Assembly: GCA_951406725.2 (NCBI GenBank)
Contig: OX597834.1
Location: 17,918,001 to 17,982,000, forward strand
DNA: 64,000 nucleotides
Reading direction: 5' to 3'
From: Octopus vulgaris
Lineage: Eukaryota
Part shown: piece after piece, positions 53,131 to 64,000 of the stretch
Numbering within the stretch: the stretch's first letter is position 1
Layout: each line of letters starts with the position of its first letter
The notes under the pieces: generated by a model
Seen by the model: only the letters and a program-made list of their open reading frames with translations
Told to the model about the DNA's origin: nothing
Database searches by the model: none
Position numbers and translations under genes: made by a program

Positions 53131-53602
53131 GTATTGACTGTGTCGTTATGTTGGTGGGGGACGAAGCTGGTTTTGTCGATAGGCAATTTTAAAATGAAAT
53201 TGTGTAGTCCTGTATTGTAGACCTTTGAATAGTCTCAAGCAAGTTGGTATTGAAAAGCTTAAAGAAAATGTGAAACTTATCTATAAATATTAGTCCAACA
53301 CAAAGAATGGCATTGTGTTGCATGTTTAGGCGAGGGAATTTCATTGTTCTTCATTGGAAAACTTGCACAGTTTGCAGTGTTTGCTTACATCAGGTCTTTA
53401 TGTGCTGAAGTTGAATTGCAACTTAAATTGTAGGCAGTGAATGAGGAGAAACTGCAGTGTGAGTGGAGTGGTGGGAGTAGTAGTGGGGGGGATGGGGCTG
53501 GGAGAAATGCTGTGATAGGATCAGTATATATATATGTGTGTGTGTGTGTGTATATGTATATGTGTGTGTATATGTATATATATGTGTGTGTGTGTGCATA
53601 TG

Positions 53603-53636
<34 letters not shown>

Positions 53637-53642
53637 CATATA

Positions 53643-53682
<40 letters not shown>

Positions 53683-53769
53683 CATATGTATATGTGTGCA
53701 TAGATACAAAATGAAGGATAAATCCGTTAAAGATTTTATCAGTGGCTAGTATCAAATATAGACACAACA

Positions 53770-53814
<45 letters not shown>

Positions 53815-53958
53815 GCAATAAAGAGTCAAGTTAATTTAAATGAATTTACTTGAATATGGTACCTAACTTAGATGCACCAAAAAAAAACTATACTGATTTA
53901 ACAATACAGTAATGTGGGGTGATTATAAGCGAGAATGAAGCAACAAGAATGGATAGGT

Positions 53959-54048
53959 TTTTAGTACAATCGTTTCATACAAGGACAGGTTTTATTAAAA
54001 GTTGCAAAATTACAGCATATAAACGTGTCCCGTACTCATCAGCTAAAA
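53959..54048 (-). ncRNA. Type I hammerhead ribozyme (left arm, minus strand)
   Basis: Mirror image of 54139-54229. Confidence 0.75.
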
Positions 54049-54138
54049 TACATGTGAGTTCTCTAGACATCTTAGTGGTTGAGGCTATACTCATGAGTAT
54101 AGCCTCAACCACTAAGATGTCTAGAGAACTCACATGTA

Positions 54139-54229
54139 TTTTAGCTGATGAGTACGGGACACGTTTATATGCTGTAATTTTTGCAACTTTTAACAAAACC
54201 TGTCCTTGTATGAAACGATTGTACTAAAA
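54139..54229 (+). ncRNA. Type I hammerhead ribozyme (right arm)
   Basis: TTTTAG-CTGATGA-GTACGGGACA..TGTCCTTGTAT-GAAA-CGATTG-TA-CTAAAA. 6-bp stem I, about 10-bp stem II base, short helix III, GUA triplet; predicted cleavage after 54223. Confidence 0.78.
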
Positions 54230-54309
54230 ACCTATCCATTCTTGTTGCTTCATTCTCGCGTATATATATATATATATATATTGCACACACACACACACAC
54301 AAAATCTAA

Positions 54310-54393
<84 letters not shown>

Positions 54394-55309
54394 CAAAATG
54401 AAGGATAAATCCGTTAAAGATTTTATCAGTGGCCAGTATCTAAAATAGGCGTATTAAGGTGAATTCACACATAGAGATTTTGGCATCTATTGGTGGCATT
54501 TCTTCAGTCTTTGGGTTTTGAGTTCAAATTCTGCTGAGGTCAACTTTACCTTTCATCCTTTCAGGGTTGATAAAATAAGTACCAGTCAAATACTGGGTTC
54601 TTTGTAATCAACTTACCCTATCCTTGAAATTTCTGGCCTTGTGCTAAAATATGAAACAACCATCACAAACACACACACACACATTCTATTCATATATATT
54701 ACATGCTCATTCAATTTCTCCGGCCCCATTTTCATATTCTGATCCTGTCATACATAATAATTTTTTTCTACTTTAGGCACAAGGCCTGAAATTTTAAGGG
54801 AGGGGGTTACTTGATTATACTGACCCCAGTGTTTGACTGGTACTCAGTTTATCAACCTCAAAAGGATGAAAGGCAAAGTTGACTTCAATGGAATTTGAAC
54901 TCAGAAAGCTGACATGCAAGAAATGTTGCTCAGCATTTTGTCAGGTGTGCTAATAATTCCAGCAACGCAGGAACAATACGAAATCTTTTAAGATTGCATC
55001 TATGATAATTAGTGAATGATGAATTAGACAAATTGGATTGGAAAGTTCTGTAGAGCTTGTACAGAAGGTTTGCCTCTTAGGAATAGGGAAGACCATCAGA
55101 AAGGTTTTGAGCACTTGATGACTTAATAAAATCATGTGGATATCTGAGGTTATAGGAAGGAACCTGCTACCTAAATAAATTCTTTCAGAAATAAGATCAA
55201 TCTTGATTGAAGAAGATTATAATATCAATACTAATAATAATAATGAGCCTATCGTATACAGTGCTCAAGTACAGTACAACTTATCAGAAAAAGATAATCA
55301 CTATTATTA

Positions 55310-55920
55310 CTATGGCCAGGTACCAACCTGGGTCGCAGCAACAAAGTCCACCTGCCACTCTTCTCAATCCATCATCACTGTCTCCAGGTCCTGGATATAG
55401 TCCAGGCCAGTGTCTGCAGTCAAGTTGTTCATGTAAATGTGACAACATTTTCCCCTTCTTACATCATCATGAAATGGGTTCCACATGGCTAATTTGGATG
55501 TTGCCAGTCCAGGATGGTGCACACACTGACCAGGTAGTCGCAGGAGTCTATGCTTGATCTACTCACTAACTTTTGGCAGGTCTCCATAAAGACTTTCATT
55601 TGTCATATATTGCTGCCATTTCACATTTAGGGCCATACGTAGCATCCACTTAACCCATTTGATAATTTCTTTGTCAGCATCCATGTTTCACTGCCATATA
55701 ACAGCACTGATTCGACAGTTGCAGTGAACAGCTTGATTTTGATTTGCCAAGGCAGTTTGGAGTTGCAGACCTTCTTTAGTTTGTAACAAGCTGTCCACGC
55801 TTGTGCCTTCCTGATCTTGATGCCTGCTTCCAAACTGTTCACCCAACCACTTAAGTACTTGAAGTCTTCAACAGCATTCAATGTGGGACCATTCAAAGCA
55901 AACAGTTCATGTATTCCATT
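55310..55920 (-). mobile_element. RTE-clade LINE 3' fragment (decayed reverse transcriptase C-terminus)
   Basis: VEDFKYLSGW...KIKLFTATVESVLLYGSETW followed by LRLPGQCVHHP, typical of the post-RT region of RTE LINEs. Confidence 0.85.
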
Positions 55921-56496
55921 TCCTTGACATTTGTGTGCAGTCCCACTTTAACAGCTGAGCAGCTGTTGTGGTTGATTTATTTCCTTAGACATCATCTGTG
56001 AAGTCCAAAAAAGCGCAAAACAAGAAAAAGAGAGCAGAAATAAGCAAAGTAAAGAAAGACAACACCAACAGCCAAAAGTACACGTACAGCACATGGGATA
56101 AAACAGAAAAGTGAAGAGTAGAAGAGTGAAATAGAGGAAAGGGTGGAGAGGCATTTCAGGAATAGTGTTGGAAAATTTCAGGAAGTATGGAAAATTTTGA
56201 TAGATACATTGCCCTGACAGCCAACAAGTGATATGTGTAGTTTATTTCATGCTTCAACAATTTTGTGTGTGAAAATATGCTTCTGAAAGTCACAGTTGGT
56301 AGAGATAATGAATTGAAGAGGAAAGCTGAAGATGTTGCTGGAAAAATGGTGGATAATCTTTATAGACTTCTACCAAGTCAGTTGCTAGATGTCGAAAATT
56401 TAGGACACCAAAGCCCAAAGAAACCAAACAATCAAGATATGATAACTGACAGAGAGTATTTGTTTGATTGCAAGTCACTGGGAAGCTTCCGATAGA

Positions 56497-56525
56497 TAAT
56501 TATTATTATTTTATTGTAGTTGTTG

Positions 56526-56557
<32 letters not shown>

Positions 56558-56703
56558 TTATTGTTGTTATTTTGTTGGTGTTGTTATCATTATTATTATT
56601 TTATTGTTGTTATTATTTTATTGTTGTTATTTTGTTGTTGTTATTATTATTATTGTTATTTTGTTGTTGTTATTTTGTTGTTGTTACTATTATTATTTAT
56701 AAT
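56497..56703. repeat. (TTA/TTG)n microsatellite
   Basis: Trinucleotide runs. Confidence 0.95.
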
Positions 56704-58513
56704 AAGGCAGCGAGCTGGCACAATTGTTAGCACACCAGGCAGAATGCTTAGAGGCATTTCATCTGCCGCTATGTTCTGGGTTCAAATTCCATTAAGGTTG
56801 ACTTTGCCTTTCATCCTTTTGGGGTCGATAAATTAAGTACCAGTGAAACACTGGGGTTGATGTAATCGACTATCCCTCAACTCACAAATTTCAGGCTTTG
56901 TACCTTTAGTAGAAAGGATTATTCATCATCACCATCATCATCGTTTAATGTCTGTTTTCCATGCTGGCATGGGTTGGATGGTTTGACTGAGGTCTGGAGA
57001 GCCAGTGGCTGCACCATCCATGCTCTAATCAGATCTGGCAATGTTTCCACAGCTGAATGCGCCTCCTAATGCCAACCACTCCAAGAGTGTAGCGAGTGCT
57101 TTTTATGTACCACCGGCATGGTAGCCAGTCAGGCGGCACTAGCATCGACCACGTTTGGATGGTACTTTTTACATACCATATTATTATTATTATCATCATC
57201 ATCATTATTATTAGCATGTTGGACAAAATGCTAAGCAGTATTTCAACCAGCTTTTACATTCTGAGCTCAAATACTGCCAAGGTCAAGTTTGCTTTTCAAT
57301 CTTTCAGGGTCAATAAAATAAGGACCAGTTAAGTACTCGTGCCAATGTAATCAACTTCACTCTCTCCTCAACAGCTACTGGCCTTGTGCTAACATTTGAA
57401 TCATTATTATCATCATCATCATTATTATTATTATTATTATTCAATGTTTGATTTTTGCTTTATATTTGTACAAGTTGGCTCCAAGTCTCACCCAGAGACC
57501 TCAAGAGACAACAGGTTGGAAGTTCATGTTGTTGTTATGCCTAGAGTGCCATATATTTTTTTAGGGGGGGGGGGAGTTTTTGGTGTTGTACTAATGAATG
57601 TCTAAAAAAAAAATTTAAAAAAAAAATTTTTTTTTAAAACCGAAAATTATGTTTGTTTTAAACCTTGAGATTACATAGAAAGTATTTTGCGTAGGATATG
57701 AGCAGTTCCCATGAGCACTATCTTTTGAATTTCTGCCATTTTTGGGTTTCCTGGTATCTGAGTTAGGTAGCTATCAGCCCCTTTTGCTATTATTATTATT
57801 ATTAAGGCAGTGAGCTGGCAGAATTGTTAGCACACAGGAGAAAATGTTCAGTAGCATTTTGTTTTAACATCCTAAGTTCAAAAGCAGCCAAGGTCAACTT
57901 TGCTTTTCACCCTTTCGAGGCCCTTAAATAAGTACCAGTCAAGTACTGTGATTGATGCAATCAATTCCCTATTTCCTCAAAAATTTGTAATCATTGTACC
58001 AAAATTTGTAACTACTACTACTACTGCTTGGCTAGTGGGAATGATGAAGAACTTTTGCTGTTGCCTAGTCAATCATTGCTTCAGTAACATCAGTTTGAGA
58101 ATGGGAATCTCCTGGGAAAGTTAATTTAGAATGAATGCTTATTCGTGTACTGTTGAATAAATAATAGAAGAGGAAACCGATTATGCCAAATGTACGTATA
58201 CATAACACTCTATTGTATTACTATATAAATTAATAATTATATACATAATTATATAATATAGTGTGTATAGATTTATGGAGAAGAGGGTGAGAAAGAAATG
58301 GTGTGGAAAGACAGGCAGTGAACGGAAGGGGAATAGGATATGGAGCGGAGAAACAGAGAAGGTAGGGAAAGAAAGAGAGAGTGAATAAGAGAGAGAGAGA
58401 ACATTTATGTGTGTGTATGTAAACAAAATGTACAATATAGACAAATATGTGAGAGAGAGCCTATACACACAAACAAAATGTGTAACACACACACACATAT
58501 ATGTGTGTGTGTG

Positions 58514-58569
<56 letters not shown>

Positions 58570-58821
58570 AAACTAAATGTGCAATATACAGATATGTGTG
58601 AATGTATCAGAGAGAAACAGTGTGTGTGTGTGTATTAGAGTGTGTGTGTGTGTGTGGGGGTATGCTTGTTCTTTTAAGTACATATAACCTTATAATCTGT
58701 TGCTGTTTTCGTATTTTTTATCTTTGTTGTATATAGATGTGAATGTGTATATACGTACACGCACGAACACAAATATATAATATACTACATATATAAGCAA
58801 GCATCTAATATATATATACAT

Positions 58822-59025
58822 ATAGTTAATCCAAACATGAACGAAGAGAAAACACAACAACGCGAGGACGTGGAACAAGTATAGTGTTATTGGACACTCA
58901 GGAAAGGAAAGAAAGAAGGAGGATTTTATGTTTCGAGCGGAGCTCTTTGTCAGAAATATAGAAAAAACAGAAAAGTCCAAAGAAGGGAGGACGGAGAAAG
59001 AAAATCGCCAACGATGCACACACGG
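58822..59025 (-). mobile_element. Penelope-like terminal fragment with minimal hammerhead (58923-58957)
   Basis: Reverse complement of 29370-29573; ATTT-CTGACAA-A-GAGCtccGCTC-GAAA-CA-TA-AAAT (core G to A change); TA runs on both flanks. Confidence 0.65.
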
Positions 59026-59054
59026 TTATATATATATATATATATATATATTTT

Positions 59055-59458
59055 AGTTGTTTCAGTCATTTGACAGTGGCAATGCTGGAGCACTGCCTTT
59101 TCATCGAACAAATCGATTCTAGGACTTATTCTTTATAAGCCTAGTACTTATTCTATTGGTCTGTTTTGCTGAACCGCTAAGTTACAGGGACGTAAAAAAA
59201 CCCAACATTGGTTGTCAAGTGATGATGGGGGAACAAACACACACAAATACATATATGTGTGTGTGTGTATATATATATACATATATATATGTGTGTGACA
59301 GGCTTTTTCTGTTTCCGTCTGCCAAATCCACTCACAGGGCTTTGGTCAGCCTGAGGCTATAGTAGAAGACACTTGCCCAAGGTGCTACGCAGTGGGACTG
59401 AACCCGGAACCATGTGGTTGGGAAGCAAGCTTCTTACCACGCAGCCACTCCTGCACCT
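59055..59458 (-). mobile_element. SINE family A
   Basis: Full-length reverse copy. Confidence 0.85.
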
Positions 59459-59789
59459 GTATGTATAAGTATTTGCAATTTATTTCATGTACTTTAAATA
59501 CCAAGAAGTATCAAGACAAATTACCAATCTATCTATCTTACAGCTGTGGAAGACACACGAAAAAAAATCTCTTCCATCAGTGTTATATATTTTGATTTAT
59601 AATTCTAATGTAGGTGCATGAAAAAAAAAACTCTATATCAAAGAGAAATCAAAAGTGCTTGTTCACAGCAGGTTAACTCCAAGGGAATCAATTATCTATC
59701 TATCTATCGATCAATTATCTATCTATCTCTCAATCTCTCTGTCTATCTATCTTTCTATCTATCTACATGTGTGTGTATATACCACCACC

Positions 59790-60172
59790 ATCATCATCAT
59801 TCATCATTCATTTTCCATGCTAAAATGTATAAGAGGTTTAACTAGAAGTGGTAAGCTGGAGTGCCTGTCTGATTTTGGCATGGTTTCTATGGCCGGATGC
59901 CCTTCCTAATGCCAACCACTCCAAGAGTATGGTGGGTGCTTTTTACATGTCACCGACACTGTTTATGACTACAATTTTGCTTGGCTTGATGAGTCTTCTC
60001 AAGAACAGCAAATTACCAAAAGTCTTGATCACTTGTCATCACCTCCATGAGACCCAACATCTAAATATCATGCTTCACTACCTCATCTCATGCCTTCCTG
60101 GGGCTACCTCTTCCACAAGTTCCCTCCACAGTTAGAGACTGGCACTTCTTTAAGTAGCTGTCCTCGTCCAAT
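59790..60172 (-). mobile_element. RTE LINE 3' end joined to a family E-like tail
   Basis: Minus translation DEDSYLKKCQSLTVEGTCGRG...DEVVKHD, followed by ggaagggcatcc and an (ATG)n tail shared with SINE family E. Confidence 0.65.
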
Positions 60173-60376
60173 GTGTATGTGTGTATGGGATTTTTTTTTT
60201 TGTTTTACTTCCCAATGGATGACTTACCTTTTTTATCTTTGCACACAGGGGTGGAGTGATCATTTAAATTAATCAACTGCCCCCTTCCTACAACCGCACT
60301 CACTTCAAAGACATTAGGGCTTTGTATCTAAGTTATAAATTATTATTATTAGCCCCTAAAATGGCACACTGCCAGA

Positions 60377-60700
60377 ATCATCATCATCATCAAGTGCTTT
60401 AAATCCGGGTTTTGTCCCTGTTAATGGGGGTGGTCAGATCTATCTCAATACCATAGCAACCGCCCTCACACAATCTCACCCTGTTTCGGGTGTCCTCCCT
60501 TCTAAAGCTGACCTTCCCAATCTCCTCCTCCACCTGTCCCCTCCATGTTTTCCCCAGTCTAGTTTGCTTTTGTGGTCCATTTCCCTCAAACCCAAGCACC
60601 CGCCTCATCCCTCCTCAACACATGCCCATACCACTGCACTCTGTTCGCCCTTGCCAGCCGTTCCATTGATTCCTCCAACCCCAGCATTTCCATCAAGTCC
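60377..60700 (-). mobile_element. RTE LINE 3' end (second family) with (GAT)n tail
   Basis: MRRVLGFEGNG...GKTWRGQVEEEIGK...REDTRNRVR; second copy at 61788-61943 (+). Confidence 0.8.
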
Positions 60701-61414
60701 TGCCAGAATAAAACCTTTGTAATATTTAGCTGACACCTTTTAAATTATATATTGGTCAAGTACTGGGGTCAGTTGATTCAACTACATATAAAAAAAAAGA
60801 AAGAATAATACAAACACTGAACCAAATTAGTTACCTGACCCTTGATCTGTGCCCTTGTATGACAGTTCAAAATGTCTGTTGCAGGGGTCAACTTTGCCTG
60901 TCATCCTTTTAGGACAAATAAAATAATTAGCAGTTCAACATTGGGGATGATGCAATTGGATGCTCCCTCCCCTCAAAATTTCTGGCATTGTGTCTATGGT
61001 AGAAATAATTATTTACATATCCAACTGAAGAAATGATATGACATGGACCCTAATGGCTCAGTGGATTGAGTGCATGTGTATTGGTTGGAGAGTTGTGAGT
61101 TCACAACCCACCACAAGCATTGGTCACCTACTAAGGTAGTGGGACATGTCAGTGCTTGTAGTGAGATATTATTCTTTATAAGAAATGTTAGAATGCTGGG
61201 TGAAATGCCAAGCAGTGTTTCGTCTGTCTTTATATTCTGAGTTCAAATTCTGACGAGGTCAACTTTGCCTTTCATCCTTCTGGGGTCGGTAAATTAAGTA
61301 CCAGTTGTGTACTGGGTCAATCTAATTGACTGGCCCCCTCCCCCAAAAATTTTGGGCCTTGTGCTTAGAGTAGAAAATATTATTTTTTATTCTGCTCCAA
61401 GCATCCTGTCAATG

Positions 61415-62045
61415 GGACACCTACAACCATCCTACTAAAGTGGCACCAACAGCAATCCCACTAATGTGACACCAACAGCCAACCCACTAAGGTGACACAT
61501 CTACCCTACTAAGGTGGCACCAACAGACACTCTATGAAGGTGACATCTATGGCCACCCTACAAACGTGGTGTCTATAAGCCCCCCTCCCCACGGAGGTGG
61601 GACCAACAGCCACCCTGCTAAGATGACACCTACAACCAACATACTATAATAATAACAGCCACCCCTCTAAGGTGACACTTACATTCACCCTGCTAGGGTG
61701 GTACCAACAGTCACTCTGATATGGTGACATCTACTGCCACCCTACTAGGGTGGCACCGCCAACCAACCACCTTAGACTGAAGAAAACATGGAAGAGGAGA
61801 TTGGGAAGGCTGGCTTGAGAAGGGAGGACACCCAAAACAGGGTGAGATGGTGTGAGGGCGGTTACTATGGTACTGAGGTAGATCTGGCCACCCCCATTAA
61901 CAGGGGAAAAACCCGATTTAAAACACTGGATGATGATGATGATTTTAGAGCAACCCTAACAAGATGGAACCAACAGCCTCCTTACTAAGCGGACACTAAC
62001 AGCCACTGTACTGAGGGAACATCAACTACCACCCTACTGTGACCA
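61415..62045. repeat. Degenerate ~26-bp minisatellite (AACAGCCACCCTACTAAGGTGGCACC) interrupted by an RTE fragment
   Basis: About 14 units before 61770 and about 4 after 61945. Confidence 0.85.
61788..61943 (+). mobile_element. 5'-truncated RTE LINE tail
   Basis: EEEIGKAGLRREDTQNRVRW plus (GAT)n; homologous to 60377-60535. Confidence 0.8.
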
Positions 62046-62074
62046 GGGATCACATGTGAATTAGTATTCCCAGT

Positions 62075-62448
62075 AAAAAGCACCATCCGAATTGTGGCCG
62101 AAGCCAGTGCCGCCTCGACTGGCTTCCGTGTCGGTGGCACGTAAAAAGCACCATCCGAATCGTGGCCGAAGCCAGTGCCGCCTCGACTGGCTTCCGTGCC
62201 GGTGGCACGTAAAATGCACCAATCCGTCCGTGGCCGATGCCAGCCTCGCCTGGCACCAGTGCAGGTGGCACGTAAAAAGCACCCACTACACTCACGGAGT
62301 GGTTGGCGTTAGGAAGGGCATCCAGCTGTAGAAACATTGCCAGATAAGACCGGAGCCTGGTGCAGCCTTCTGGCTTCCCAGATCCCCGGTCGAACCGTCC
62401 AACCCATGCTAGCATGGAGAACGGACGTTAAACGATGATGATGATGAT
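62075..62448 (+). mobile_element. SINE family E with internal tandem units
   Basis: aaaagcaccatccg units and a (gat)n tail. Confidence 0.85.
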
Positions 62449-63059
62449 TGAAACTCTAAACGTGATGCTGGTCATAGCTGGCTCGACCCACCCTGGGTGA
62501 AGCCTGTGATATGTACACGGAAGCATCCTACTAACAAAATACCCAGTTACCCTACAAAAGTGTCAGAATAAGACATAACACAAAGGAGACAGAGGAAACG
62601 AATTAGCAGTTTAACATGAAGCAAATGAGTAAACACCCAAATGGTTCGATGGTTTACAGTGGTGTAACCTAATTTTTCTGTAGCATTAATAGTAGAAATG
62701 TAATTTAAACTAATTACAATGAAGTAATTATGCAAAATAAAATGTAGGTTGGATAAAGTCGTTAACAGAGCAGACTATATTAGATATCAACTTTTTCCTA
62801 ATGGTTAAGTCACTGCTGCACCTGACACCATTTTCATGGGTCTGTGAGGTTGATGTGGGGAAGGGATGAAGTTATTCTTAGAAGAGAGAAATGCTTGTAA
62901 CAGAATGGATTTAGCTTTAAAGGCTGCCACGGGCCCAGGGGGTGGCAGTGGTGGTGGTGGTGGTGAAATGAGTGACAAAATATGTCTGCTACAAGGAATT
63001 GGATAAGAGAACAACATGCTGGTTGGTGGTTAGCTTCTAATAAACCAAATCTGTAACAC

Positions 63060-63262
63060 TAACACACACACACATTTGTACACATTCACTCACACACACT
63101 CACATGCATGCACACACACTTACACATACATTCATACACACACACGCTCTCACATGCACACACATACATGCATGTACATGCACTCACACACAGTTGCATA
63201 CACTTGCACATGCACATACACTCACTCTTGCATACATGTGCACATACACATGCACACACACA
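63060..63262. repeat. (CA)-rich microsatellite
   Basis: Imperfect CA run. Confidence 0.9.
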
Positions 63263-64000
63263 TTTGATTCCTGGTTGAAATGCTTCTCAATATTCAGTTC
63301 TTGGTCAAATGTTTGCAACTAATATTTCCAAAAAAAAAAAATTGCCTAAGAATGGCAGAATTATTAGAGAATCTGGACAACAAAATACCTTGCTGTAGTT
63401 CTTTCATCCATTTACAGTCTGGGTTCAAATCCTGCTGATGTTAACTTTGCTTTTCATCCCACCAGGACTGATAAAATAAAGTACCAAGCAAGTACTGAGG
63501 TTGATGTAATAGACTTACCCCATCCCTCCAAAATTCCAGGCCTTGTACCAGAACTAAAACCAATGATAAACAGCCCAGAGGGGGAGAGACTCATTTCAGC
63601 TCAACACTGAATATGAAGACATGATATATGAAGAGCATATACATACACACATACATATATAAAGTGTATATCATTTATACACTGTTCCAGTCAGCCTCCC
63701 GTCGATTTGGTCTCCAGCCAGCTCCGAATGTTGCTCAGGCCTTGCCTACTTGTTGCAGCGGAACCGACAACAGTAAAAGACTGGAACCGGCCATGACCTA
63801 TATGTGCATCCGGTGCACACAACCCTTCGGAATTATGTGAAAATATGTAGTCTAGACTTTTTTTATGCATGCAAACCACAGGTATGAAATTTTTCTGAAT
63901 TTTCTACCCTTTTAATTTTCACAGTAAAATTTTCATACTTTTAGATTCTTGAAGGGTTTCTTAGCTAAAATATGTCAGGGTTGGATTAAAGTGCTATTTG

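Larger units (their letters stand above)
53929..54259. repeat. 331-bp spacerless palindrome
   Basis: Centre actca|tgagt at 54093/54094; arms of 165 and 166 bp differ by one substitution and one indel. Confidence 0.97.

Noticed and set aside
53919-54227. Mirror-image ORFs on both strands
   Set aside because: A consequence of the palindrome; no protein features.
61415-62045. CRISPR-like array of palindromic repeats
   Set aside because: Units abut without unique spacers, are highly degenerate, and there are no cas genes in this eukaryotic context.

Overview
AT-rich, repeat-dense eukaryotic DNA. The SINE repertoire and microsatellite density suggest a coleoid cephalopod such as Octopus (inference, not verified). 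The only convincing host coding sequence is two minus-strand exons (10709-10859, 2471-2599) that splice in frame and encode the N-terminal/PX region of a phospholipase D (PLD1/2-type). Everything else appears to be intron or upstream sequence. It contains several tRNA-derived SINE families, RTE-LINE 3' ends, decayed mariner/Tc1 elements, piggyBac/pogo/hAT-like MITEs and microsatellites; nearly all ORFs in the supplied track are artefacts of these. The most interesting signal is a set of type-I hammerhead ribozyme folds of the Penelope/retrozyme kind from at least four unrelated sequence families. Two of these sit in fold-back palindromes, including a 331-bp near-perfect palindrome with a complete hammerhead on each strand. 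Also notable: a SINE that repeatedly forms multimers at one exact AG|GTATTT junction, and an unexplained multi-helix structured segment at the right end.
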